A stretch of DNA of 64,000 bases from the NCBI GenBank assembly GCA_009914755.4, contig CP068257.2, positions 13,408,001-13,472,000 on the forward strand, given 5' to 3'. Below, piece after piece: positions 12,159 through 24,500 of the stretch. Origin of the DNA: the human T2T-CHM13v2.0 reference genome, Homo sapiens. Position 1 is the first letter of the stretch. Each line of letters opens with the position of its first letter. The position numbers were made by a program, and so were the translations under genes. The notes beneath the pieces are model-generated. The model had not been told where the DNA came from. It saw only the letters and a list, made by a program, of their open reading frames with translations, and did not search any database.

Positions 12159-13814
12159 AGTTCGGGGCTCTGCTGCAATGTCTGCGAGGCTGACTTTGAG
12201 CGCCTCGCTCACCGCCCGCCCGCAGCCGCGCTCCTCCCTCCGCCGCCGAGTCCGCCGCGGCCCAGTCCCTCCCCTCGCCGCCCCACGCCATTCAGCTCTT
12301 CAGCCAAGTTTCTTAACCCTTTTCTCCCCCTCCCTCCCATTGTCACCCGGTCAGGAGGAAGCCGCGCGGATCCGGGCGGCTCACAGGAGCTGCGGAACCC
12401 CCTCTGTTTCGTGGATTTCCTTCTCGCCTGCTCTCCGGGTGTCCCAGACGGGGCTGCAAGACCCGGAGGCAGCGAGAGGACCGCGTCCCCGAGAGAGGGG
12501 CTGCACGGCGCGCCCGGGCCGTCCCCCGGGCTCCCAGCTCTGTCCAGCCGCCCGCGACCGCTGCAGGCGCCTGGACAGCTCCTCCTGGGGACCGGGGAAA
12601 GCGCTCTTGGGACCCAGGCCGAATGCTCCCGTTTGGGCACAGCCTGGGGGCCGGGGCGCCCCAGACGCTCCAGGGTCCCCGCCTGCCTTAAGCGTCTACC
12701 TCCTCCCCTTCACCCCACAACACGCGCTCTCTGGGCCCCCTTTCACCCACCCACCCCCAATTTCTATCTCCTTGTAATCTGTGTGTCCTGCTTTAATGTT
12801 GGGGGGCACGGGCGCGAACTCTGGGTCACTTTGACCCCACGCCCAGCACGTAGTAGGCGCCCAGCACTCGTGTGGAGCGACTCTGGGAGGAAAACTAGGA
12901 AGGAGACCTGAGGAGCGCCCCGCTCAGCTCCCTGGACAGACGTAGGACCCAGGAGCAGGGTTAATCCTCGGCTGCTTTGTCACTGCGAAGTCTCCAGCGG
13001 AGTCTGTCAGCCAATCTGCATCATCCCCGGGAAGGATCTGACCCAACAAGACAAGGGAAAAGGAGCAGGGCTGCTACTTCTTCAGCAGCTCTCCTCGGTT
13101 CGGTCTCCGAATAAGAAATAACAATTACATCACGAGGCCGGGGCGGCAGCGCGGTGGAGCCTCTCGGTTTCCTGCAGCCTAATCTCACTGAACCCGCCTC
13201 TAAATTGGGGGGGCCACAGATTGGTGAAACGAGAAAGTGGAAGGAGGAGAGAGTCATACGAAACCATAATTTCCCCTTATCCTTGTATTTGCTGTTTGAA
13301 AAATCGTATCCTCAACGCTCCCCAGACATCTCACTAGAACTATTAACACCCCCTCAACACCTCCCCAGATGTCAGGTTTCTTTTTGACTTGAGCATCTAG
13401 CATTTAGTAATTCGCCATGAAAAAAATTACCAGGGGAAGCGAGTGTTGTTGCTGAAATTGTTTTTGCTTGACACAAAAAAGCTAAAGTACAGCTTAGTCT
13501 CACCCGAAATTCTGAAACGGCATGCCCGTGTTAAAACACTTATTACATAAGACAAATGAGCCGATGAGGCACTCCATTCTTATATGTAGGTTTTCATATC
13601 CTGAAGAATTTGATAGCATTTGGAAATGAAGTTGCTAATGAGCTTAAAAAACAAGAACTATCCAAGTCATGAAACTGTATTCTGTGCCTGTTATGTAATG
13701 GCTGTATTGTGTATTGCAAATTTCACTTAACCTTTAAACAATATGAATGAGAGTTTTAGAATACTGTCACAGTCTTGAAAGTGAAAGCAATTTTTCAAAT
13801 TAATGCTTAATAAA

Positions 13815-13865
13815 TTCAGCACCCAGCACAGTGCCGGGCACATAGTGCCAATGTTTTCCTTAGTG
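13815..13865 (-). mobile_element. MIR core fragment
   Basis: The reverse complement reads cactatgtgcccggcactgtgctgggtgctg, matching the MIR core tactatgtgccaggcactgtgctaggtgctg. Confidence 0.5.
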
Positions 13866-16800
13866 GCAATGGCACATTTTAAAACAATTATTTTTCATCA
13901 CCCTAGTGATTGAACTATGCAATCTGTTGCCATTTTATATAGTTAAACCTCATATAATATAATACCATATTATTTGCATATACCACAATTCAAAATCTGC
14001 TCTAGGCAAAATAAAGTCTGCTGTTTTTTAGTGCATCATTTATTCAGAATTGATACAAAGCAAACCGTTTCAATTCAATGATGACCAGCATAATTGGAGC
14101 TTGGCCCTTAGTGGGGGGTCAAACTTTTTTTATGAAAATTATTTTTAACCATTATACAAAGATTTTTCTACAATGTATTGCAAATGTTTCTCTTAAGCAG
14201 TTTGTTGAACGTCATTTAGCATTTTCTTGATAATTCAATGTTAATTTTATTAAAAGTAATTATTGTAGTAGGTTGTAGCGGATTCAGTAAATATATCCAG
14301 TTCCTATTCTATATTCTTTCTAGGTGTTAGGAATGCTCCCAGGAGGTACAAAAGCTATCAGTCGCTGCACCGAAGGACTCTAGGATGCTATGACTTAGTG
14401 ATTATCTCTGCCTTTTGTAATTTCTCTCTCTCCCCCTTCACTAACTGACAATCTATTGTCCTTACTGTTACTAGCATAGCTGCCACTAACATTCTCCTCA
14501 TCTTCTGATTGGTAACTTCCAGTCTAGTGCGGACTGGGAATCCAGATAGCCTCACTTGTCACAATTCTGTCTAAAGTAAACTTAATAGGTTCTGGGTAAG
14601 GGACTAATGGGCTCACCAAGGAGTAGGGCGCACACACACCTTAGTGCATAGACTTTGGGAAAGATATTTGGACTACTCAAGTCTATCTTTTAAATACATT
14701 CCTCTTACTTCTTAACCAGGTTTTGGACCATGGAGATTGCCCAGCAGGCCGAGAATATTCCAGCCCTCCAACATTGTTGTTAAAAAGTCCACTGCTGTAT
14801 GTTAGGTGACTTCCCAAAGCTGCTCACTTCTTCTTCTTATTCTGTTTTCTCAACCCCACAAAAAATCCAATCACTGAAATCCTGAACTCTTTTGATAGTG
14901 GCATGAGTGTTAAGTAAATTGCACACCTCTTGTGGAATTCATTTTCACTTAATCATGCTAATTATGTGGAGACTTGTTTGTTGTTGTTCTTTGTTTTTTT
15001 AAGTAAATCAATACCTAAATTTCCTGGCTAACAGAGTCATTGCAAGGATACTAGGGCATTATATGTAATATAAGAATGCCTATTTGGTAATTTGTACTTT
15101 GAAGTCAAGTCTCATTTGAATCATTTGTGATGTGAAAACAATGCTGTTGGGTTTATATACTTAAACACCTAATTATTGTTTTACGTCCAGGGTTCCTGTG
15201 GGATCACATGCCTTTAGTTCAGTCTCAGTATACCTCTCCGCCACAAAGATGTAGTCTGGGTGTGTTCTCTAGCCTTTGGTTCTGTAGCCTTTGGTGTGTT
15301 CTCTAAATCTCTCCTCTATAGCATTTTCAAAAACCGTTTTGTTAGTGGGTTTTTGCTTGTCCGTATCCCACTGTAGAATGCAAGCAGTACAGGCACAGGG
15401 TCCATATCCCTCTCATTCACATTTGGGGACTTCCAGCTACCCATCCCTGTGCCCAGCAGACAACAGACATTCAGTAGATATTGGCCAACATACTGTCATA
15501 CCCCAGAGGACAGAATGTATCTTTCTCTTGGGGTCCTGGCTGTGATGTAAGGGAGTTCAGAGAACATTTTGCAGAGAAAATAATGCTTCCGCTGGCCATT
15601 AAAAGGTTAAAAGAATTAGCCATGTAGGCAAAGTGGGAAAAGGGGTTCTCAGGAGAGGACATAGACTGTTCAACAGTAGAGAGGTATGAGAAGACAAAAA
15701 TATGCACTGAGAAGTATTGAGCCCATATTTACACTATGGAGTGAACTATGACACCTGAGTAGGGAGAAATATGTGTAATATAATAGATCACAGACAAATG
15801 GAACCCCACTGCAGTTACCTTATTAGTCACAGTCCCTTAGCCTCTGGAGCAGCACTGACCAATAAAAACATAAAGTGAACCACAAATGTGAGCCACATAA
15901 GGAATGTTAAATTTTCTGGTAGTTATATTCAAAAGTACAGAGGAACAGGTAAAATTAATTATAATAATGCACTTTAACCCAATACATCAAAAATTACCAT
16001 TTCATGTCTATACAACATACAGAATTATTAATTAGATATTTTACAATCTTTTACAGTCTTTAAAATCCAGTGTGTCTTTTACATTTATAGCACATCTTCA
16101 TTTGGACTAGTCTTATTCCAGGGCTCAACAGCCACATGTGGCTAACAACTACCCTATCAGGTAGTGCAGCTCCAGAGAATGTAGGAAATATTTAATAATA
16201 TAGTTTAAGAAAAGTTTCTTAAGAGGAAAATCTAAATCTTGTTAACTCTAAAAGCTTATGCCGATTATTAGTGTTGAATTATGCTAGGTTATAAAGACCA
16301 CCTTCTTGTGTTTAGACTTTTACGCCAATTTAGAGAATCAGCAAAGTTTGCATTTTATGTACTGTGTCTTCATTAACGATGCTGTAGTTACAACTACTTC
16401 TATCTCTATTAACTATGGTGGTGGACTGTAAATGTAAACTGTCTTTATGGCAGAAATAAAACGCTATAGATTTGGGGTTGACTAAGCTTTAAAAAAAATT
16501 CTCTCTACAGTATGAAGCTATCTCTTCTATGCAGTTACTGCCAAGCATCTTCCTAGCTGTAGAAGTCCAGGATTTTGCTCTCTAATTCTTTTATGCCCAG
16601 TTACTTGTAGATGACAAAAACCACCCTGACCTTTGTTTGAGGCAGTCGCCTACCTGAAGCTGCAGTAAGGATTTGCTGCAGCTCCCTGAGTACCAAGAAA
16701 GGTCTAAAGAGCTGACTTGAAGATGCTTAGACACCCTCTCTGCAGGTTACTGTGCAGCTTTCCCTAATGAGATTGGAGCCCTTTTGGTTTCATTGGGATT

Positions 16801-17490
16801 TGAGTGTGGAAGACTGGCAAATCCAGGGCACTCATTTTCTACACTAAAATGAATCTTGAAAACTGTATCTTTTTAAAAAAAGTCTGAGAATGATTGTGTA
16901 CAAGTAGCCAAACCTGTGCAAGGAAAAGGCAGATACTTTAATGAAATGCATATGTGGTTGATGCCGTCTCATTCCTTCTCAAAACAAGAAAATGTCTAGT
17001 ATAGTTACAGGGTTAGAAAAACCAAGAAGTCCCAACGAAGCAAGGAAAACCTGTCAGTTTTAATAATGTGTCAGTTTGATATGTCTAAATGATTGAGAGT
17101 AAATATCACATGAAATCTTTCCTTTTATGTAGAAATGGCGTATGCAGCTCTCATTAGGCAGTCCTGTCGTAAATGCATATGAAAGTTTCCTTTAAGGGAT
17201 TTCACAAACATAGGACCATGTTATGAATCAATTCAGTAAAAACATGATCCTATTATTTTTAGAGATATATTTAGATAGACTTCAACTAAAGAAAAGTGAA
17301 GAACACATCTGTTTTTCCAAATAATTCAGGGTTCTAAAGGGAAGAAAGATACAAAGAAAGCATGATGTATGCTTACTATTTGTATAATTGTTTGGCTCTC
17401 AAAAGAAGACATAGACACTGACCTATCTGTTTTAGATTAGTTTAAGAAACATGAAAATCTCGTGTAATTTTTCTTTTCACAAAGAATTTG

Positions 17491-17492
<2 letters not shown>

Positions 17493-17520
<28 letters not shown>
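17493..17520. repeat. (AC)n microsatellite, about 14 units
   Basis: Direct read of acacacacacacacacacacacacacac. Confidence 0.95.
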
Positions 17521-17522
<2 letters not shown>

Positions 17523-17794
17523 TGCATGCAATTCAATGGTGGAAAGAATCATCTTTTCAACACATGGTGCTATGATATCTACATGCAGAAGAATGAAATT
17601 GGACTCCTTCACATCATATACAAAAATTTACTCAAAATGAAATGTAGACCTAAATGTAAGAACTAAACTATTAAACTCTTAGAAGAATATATTGCAGTAA
17701 ATCCTTGTGACCTCTGTTAGGCAAAACCTTCTTAGCTATGACACTGAAAGCATGAATAACAAAAAATAGATAAATTGTACTGAAGTCAAATTTA

Positions 17795-18190
17795 AAATCT
17801 TGTGTGTTTCAATGGATACCATCAAGAAAATGAAAAGATAACCCATAGAATAGGAGAAAATATTTGCAAATCATATATCAGGTAAGGGACCCATATCTAG
17901 ACTATATAAAAAACTCTTACAACTCAATAATAAAAAGGCAAATACCCAGTTTTTAAAATGAGCAAAGTGTCTGCATAGACATTTCTCCGAAGAAGATGTA
18001 CATCAAGCACATGAAAAGTTACTCCATAGGATTAGCCATTAGGGAAGTGCAAATCAAAATCACAGTGTGATGCTACTTCACACTCAAGGCAAATGACTAT
18101 AATAGAAAAAAAAAAGATGAAAACAAGTGTTGGTGAGCATGTAGAGTCATTGGAACACTCAATTGTTATTCCTTATTGATGCATAGCAAA
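17795..18190 (+). mobile_element. L1 fragment (ORF2 C-terminal end and start of the 3' UTR; older L1P/L1M type)
   Basis: Matches the L1 consensus segments ...gggagaaaatatttgcaaatcatatatctgataagggattaatatccagaatatataaagaactcctacaactcaa... and ...catgaaaagatgctcaacatcactaatcattagggaaatgcaaatcaaaaccacaatgaga... Confidence 0.8.
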
Positions 18191-18194
18191 TCGC

Positions 18195-18600
18195 TTCAAA
18201 ATTTAGTGGCTTAAAACAAGAAACACTTATTATCTCATAGTTTCTGGGGGCAAAGAATGCAGGAACAGCCTAGCTGGATGGTTCTGACACAAGGTCTCTC
18301 ATGTGGCTGCAGTCAGGGTGTTGGCAGGGCCTGTGGTCATGCGAGGCTTGCCTAGGTCTGGAGGATCGAATTGCAAGAAGGCACCCTCACATGGTTGTTG
18401 ACAGGAGGCCTCAGATTCCTGCCACATGGGCCTCTCCTCAGGCTGCTTGAGTATCCTCATGATGTGGCAGCTAACTTCCACTAGAGCAAGCCGTCCAAGA
18501 AAGGGCGAGAGCGAAGCCACAGTGTCCTTTCTGACCCGGTCTCCTAATTCACACATGGTTACTTCCATTTTATTCTATTAATTAGAAGTGAGTCCCTAAG
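18195..18600 (-). mobile_element. MaLR (ERVL-MaLR, MLT1/MST-like) LTR in reverse orientation
   Basis: Carries the ...ggcttaaaacaag...ttattatctcatagtttctggg...ctcacatgg... layout, which is the reverse complement of the MaLR LTR consensus family (tgtattagtc...actgggtaatttataaag...ctcacagttc...). Divergent, so the subfamily is not assigned. Confidence 0.55.
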
Positions 18601-20135
18601 TTCATTCCACACTCAAAATGGAAAGTCATCTTGAAGGGAGGAGTAGCAAATAATTTGTGAACAGATTTTAAAACCACCACAGCACGCAATTCACATTTTT
18701 GCCTGTGGTCTGCCTCTTTGGTTTCCTAAACCAACTTGCATGTCCTTGTTTCCATACACTGAACAGGCTCACTGCCTCCCTCAAGGGAACAAGACTTAAG
18801 CGTCTTCTGGTTACTGCATCAAATCTATTGCTTAAGAATTCTGGGTGATATGCAGCACTCCCAGGATGCCCCGATGAGGCCCCTTGAAGGCTGGTAAACG
18901 GGCGTGCTTTCAGCCATAGCACATTTACATTTTCAACCATGAAGAAGGAACAAGATCATTGCAATAAATCTGTCCATTTGGAAAAGGAAGAATGAGGAAC
19001 ACACATTGGTCACCGTTCCATAGTAATTATCAAAACCTACTAAGCAGGAGTAGCCAGGACTCCTTTCCTTGGCAATACAGGAAGTTCCTTGATTGACCAA
19101 CCTGGTAGCCTCTGATTCTTTCTCCTGAATGTTCTCCCTCGTGCCTTGCCCTCTGCTGTTCCTGGATCTGCCTTTGAAGTTTCACATTTGACAGTTTTCC
19201 TCAACAAATGTATCTGAGACAGACACGGGGGAGGTTGTCCTTCTTGGAGACCTCTTGGATTTTGAAATATTTCAGCACAGGGATTATTTTAAAGTTTTAA
19301 CAATGAGATTATTGCAAACCAAGTTGGGGATTTCTTTGGGATGTTAATTTCTTCAGACACTTAGCAGGCTTGATTTGTTTCCATTCCATTCCATGTACAG
19401 GTTACCATAGCCAAAAGTCTTGCCCAGACATGGTTTTCAAGGCTGCAGATTCTCAGTTTTTATTTACTGGGCTCTGTACTCTGCCCATCCCTCTGGCCCT
19501 TAAATTAATGGTGTCTACCTTGAGATCATCTGAAATAATAGCTTTAGGTGGGGAGGCAATACAATTTATCACCTCTTGCTAACAATATCACTGCTGCATT
19601 ATGACAAAGCACAAGTCTTACCTCCTGCTAAGCCAGCAGTTACATGGCCACAGCTTAAAACTTCTTCAATTTCAAGTACAGAGTAGATGACTTTTTCAAC
19701 ACTGCAAGGCCCATATCACTGGACTCTTCATCAGTTGTTAGCAAGTATCGGCAGAGAATGTCTCCCTTAGAAAATCTTTGCTTCCTTCCACCTCTGTTTT
19801 CAGAATGTTTGATTCTAGTCTGAGTTCACCTAACTCAAAAGACTTTACTGAAAATAGCAAAACTATACCACCACCTACAAACACTATGAATTTATCTTTT
19901 ATTTCCCTTAACATTATGGCCTCAGTCAGCAAAAAGTCTGCTTTTCAAGGTAAGCAGTTGGCAGCTTAACCAAATAGTTTGCTACCACATTAAAAACAGA
20001 GCCCTATCACACACTGCCCAAATCTTTCTGCTAAATCAGTGGTACTTGTACCATGCAGCATACCATTACTGGTACCTACTGGCCATGGTTCCTGGTTACA
20101 GAAACAAAATTTACTCTTGCTAGTTTAGGCAGAAT

Positions 20136-20162
20136 GTGTGTGTGTGTGTGTGTGTGTGTGTT
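20136..20162. repeat. (TG)n microsatellite, about 13 units
   Basis: Direct read. Confidence 0.95.
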
Positions 20163-20754
20163 TTTATATAACAAAATAATTAACAACATTTCTTCTAGGA
20201 CCCAGAAACCAGGCTTGGATAATACATGAGAGAAACTTCCAGTTGCACAAAGGGACTGCCGTGTGGAAATTCCACTCACCTACCATCTGCCACATGGAAC
20301 CAATAAGGATACAGACTAAATACTAGAACCTTCATTAGAACTCTACAGAATAACCATACACTTCAACCAACCACTTTATTTGCCAAGCAGCCCTATAGAT
20401 TCTGCCTTACAATGTTCATATCCGGCTTCCATGTCTTATGTAGGTGCATTTTGTTGGTGGAGACCAGGTCACATGTGAAACCTTAGCTTCATCTGAGTCT
20501 GAGAAATGCCACATTCAGCCTTCCAGTAACCTGGAAAATATACTAGGAAGAGATTAGAGTAGTATTTAGTGTGTGTCATTCTACAGTATCTGGCACAGTG
20601 GCCAAAGGTTTATTTTTGAGTTTTCATTATATTTTAACTGACATACTAAAATTTGAGGAAAGTCATGATGAAATATATAGTAAAATTAATAAATAGCATG
20701 AATTACATTGACTTACTATGTTTCCTTTTCTCTGTAGGATTCTTCTTGGTTTGA

Positions 20755-21155
20755 GCGTTTGTATTAGTCAGTTTTGGGTCGCTATAACAGAATACCTGAG
20801 GCTGGGTAATTTATAAAGAAAAGGTGTTTATTTAGCTCACAATTCTGTAGGCTGGGAAGTTTAAGGGCATGGCCCTGGCTTACGGAGAGGGCTTTCATGC
20901 TGCATTATAACATGGCAGAGGTCAAAGGAAAAGCAAAAACGTGTGAAGAGACAAAACCCGAGGAGCTTCTCACCTTTATAACAAAGCACTCTCTTGGGGA
21001 CTAATTCATTCCCAGGAGGACTAATCCAGTCCTACCAGAGGGAAAACTCACTACCAAAAGAATGGCACCAAGCTATTCAAGAGGGACTTGCTGCCATGAG
21101 CCATACATCTCCTATTAGGCCCTGCTTCCCAGCACCACTACACTGGGGATCAAAT
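20755..21155 (-). mobile_element. MaLR LTR (MST/MLT1-like), reverse orientation, distal end lost into a microsatellite
   Basis: Starts tgtattagtcagttttgggtcgctataacagaatacctgaggctgggtaatttataaagaaaaggtgtttatttagctcacaattctgtaggctgggaagtttaagg. This matches the reverse complement of MaLR LTRs (tgtattagtccgttttcacactgctataaagaactgcctgagactgggtaatttataaagg...ctcacagttc...). It ends ...acactggggatcaaatttc, cf. ...acgtggggattacaattc, directly abutting the (TTCTC)n tract. Confidence 0.7.
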
Positions 21156-21273
21156 TTCTCTTCTCTTCTCTTCTCTTCTCTTCTCTTCTCTTCTCTTCTC
21201 TTCTCTTCTCTTCTCTTCTCTTCTCTTCTTTCTCTTTCTTTCTTTCTCTCTTTCTTTCTGTCCCCTTCCTTCC
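21156..21273. repeat. (TTCTC)n microsatellite (about 16 units) grading into (TTTC)n/(CCTT)n
   Basis: Direct read. Together with the adjacent Alu poly-T (to 21287) it forms a 132-bp stretch containing only C and T on the + strand. Confidence 0.95.
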
Positions 21274-21585
<312 letters not shown>

Positions 21586-24500
21586 TGAATTTTGATAGGG
21601 ACAAACTTAAACCATATCTAAGCCATAGCAGCATTCTTGCTGTTGTAGTTTGTTTGGCCTACCTGTCTATTTTAAAGCCACTAATAGGATTCCAGAAATG
21701 TTTGATATATATCTCCATATGCAGATAAATCAATAACTGCTCAGTTCATCTCCACAATTTTTCATAGTCAGGTGCATGTCTTTGTTCCAGGCCCTTCCCT
21801 GGTGAAGACACAGAAGTGGAACATGGTTGTGGGGCAATAGTGAACAGTGAAGTATGGCAATAATTATGCCTGAGGATCAGAGCTCTTCAGTGGTGAGAGA
21901 AAAATATCAGCTGGAGCTAAAAGTGGCATGAAATTAAGGGAGCAGGAAAGGTCAAATATCCAGTAAGAGAGCAAAACCCAAGTTTCTGAAGCACGGGAAG
22001 TATTGTAGATTGTAAAATGAACAATAACTCACCCAATGATCATTAAATTTGGGTAAATTTTGCATTAATTGTATTTCACTGTATTCTAGTTCTTGGAAAG
22101 CAGGCTAACACTGTTAACTGGTATATCATATATTGATTTTGTTGGGATACAAAAAATGTGCTTACTCTTGGATAAGTAGATAAAACACTTTTGGTTGTAA
22201 GGAAGAGCGACTTATGCCAATTAACTTGAGAGAAAAGGAACTTCTAATTCATAAAATCCAAGGAAGTGCTGTCCCATCAATCCTCAGGAGACCATAGCTC
22301 TTCATCCTGGTGCTCCACCAATAATGTGCCTTTTTTCTCCCCTTATTCAGTCCCTATTGGTCCAATTCTCCAAAGAGAAAATTTGATTGACTTTTGGCCA
22401 GCCAGTGGACTACTTCTTTTATGGTCAGGTGTCCAGCCCTTGTCTAACCAGTGATACTGAATGGAGGTGAGGGCAAGTTCACTTAATTCAAAGGATTGAC
22501 ATTCCCAAGCCTGTGAATAGGGCTGGTAAAACTAGCAGGGTAAGACGAGTGTGGTAGATCAATAAACTAATGACTCCAGTACAGTTATTATCTTTTACAC
22601 CACATAAATTAAGACTTGTAATATTGTAACAGCATCATTAATCTTATTTACAAACCGCTTGCAAATTAATGCTTGTGATTCTTATATACAAAATACATTA
22701 AACATATTCATTCTTTCACTAATTATTTACTGGTGCCTACAAGTACCCTGTGGCACAGTGTATCAAGTTCTCTTGATGCCAAATGAACAAACCATGGATA
22801 CATTCTTTGAGGCACCACAGGAGGAGACAGCTAATATTTACTGTGATGTATTTTTTAATACAGGCATAAAGATGAATATTATGGGGAAATGAGGCATTGG
22901 TTCATATATGGGGGATTGAAGGGAAGGTTCCTTCCTTCAAGGAAATGATTTTTGAACTAGATCATGAATGATGAATTTACCAGTGTGCTTTTTTCTTATG
23001 GTCATTGCTGATTAGTGTTTATATACTTACTATAACATCTTATTATCAAGTCATATTTTACAGGTGGTATTTCCCTTTCGGGAAGTTTTGTTGATTCTCA
23101 ATGTGTCAATATATAGAGCTAGAACTGTATTTTGTCAATTGAAAGTAAATTCAGATTCCCTCACATGGGGTAAAATTGTTTTATTTTTCTTTCTTCTTGT
23201 AATTTTCTTTCCCTTTTCATAGGCATTGAAAAATCGTTTTCTAATAACATAGCTTTCATGAACGTGAGAATTTTTCAGGTGTCTAGTAGTGGTGGTGATT
23301 GTCATTTCCATAGTCTCTTCCTTGGTATCAAGGCCAGCCTTAAATAATGTTGTGAAATGTGCCAACCATACCTTTGGTACCAATACATGCCCTTTCTCTA
23401 ACACACTTTTAGTGCAATGCCCAGTAACTGCATAATAACATTGTATATTTAGGGACCAAATCTTTTTCCTCTAATGCACCATCAATTGTTTCATGTACTG
23501 TTAAGAAAGAAGATTGGAACCAACCAAATAATGGCACAATGCTTTCTTATGACATAGAATTCTAATTTTATAACTATTGAAAGGGCCCTTTTAAACTTAT
23601 TTATACATAGATTTTTAATCCTCTATCACTCATATATATAAATAAAAGGACAATATAAGTGAATCACATTCTTTAAGATATTCCTAAACATGTTCACATT
23701 GAGCTTGTCCCACAAGAATCACTTTTTGACTTCATCATCAAGGTTTATTTTTAACAAAACGCAATTTACTCTTTTGTGCCATCAAGCAGTGTTGTTGATG
23801 CAGCATGCCTTAAAAGAGTGCTCCGCTACTATGTCTGTAAATTTTTTTCCAAGCTGCTGATCTCCACTGTACAGGCTTTGATGTAAATGCACTAGCAAAT
23901 GACACCCACAGACAGTGACACGAAGACACCTTCCCATTTCCGAGATGTTAAAATATCAAATGATGAATCAATGGCATATGACATACAATTAAAGAGATAT
24001 GACACTACTTGATAACTTCCAAAGTATTAGTGCAGACCTTATGTTTCTTTATCATTATCATAATGTAAGCCAAGTTAGGTAGTCATTGGTTCTTATTTCA
24101 CAGACAAAGTACTGGATGTCCTCCAAATTAAGTAATCTGCTCCCAATGACACAAAGAAAACAAATAGTAGATTTGGTACTATGCTTGATAGTACTGGCAT
24201 ATTTTATTTATAATCCAAGGCTTTTTCCACCAATTCATGCTATTTCTGCCATAAAAGTAATGCACACTAACCAATTGCACCCTTGGGGCACCCCAATTTA
24301 TACTATTTCCCATCATATTTCTTAGATATTCATAAACCTACACTGCAACTCTCAATCTCTCTACCTGTCACTTATCCTTGCTGATTGAAAAATTTAATCC
24401 AACAGTTCACAAACTATGTCCCCCAAAATACTGTTGTTTCAAGATTTTCTGTTTTTAAATCAAGTAACAGTCATCTTTTCTCAATTTGCAGGAAAAATTC

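Larger units (their letters stand above)
11285..13175. promoter_or_regulatory. CpG island (putative unmethylated promoter; strand and gene unknown)
   Basis: GC content rises abruptly to roughly 70-75% with dense CpG (for example 8 CpG in 11361-11420). It lies in a window where CpG is otherwise strongly depleted. It contains a GCC-triplet tract, G-run G4 motifs on both strands and a CCAAT motif near 13003. No TATA box is visible, which is typical of CpG-island promoters. Confidence 0.85.

Noticed and set aside
12838-12875. MIR-core-like string (cccagcacgtagtaggcgcccagcac) inside the CpG island.
   Set aside because: It is only about 30 bp with no flanking MIR arms. It could equally be chance in GC-rich sequence.
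11305-12911. Cluster of long ORFs on both strands inside the CpG island (for example the + strand 451-aa ORF at 11422..12777, the + strand 275-aa ORF at 11366..12193, and minus-strand ORFs of 135-157 aa).
   Set aside because: All overlap one another in several frames and are extremely Pro/Arg/Gly/Ala-rich with homopolymer runs (PPPPPPPPPP, RRRRRRRR, GGGGGGGG). This is exactly what 70% GC sequence produces, because stop codons are AT-rich. No frame shows codon-usage periodicity or a recognisable domain. They are treated as artefacts of the CpG island.
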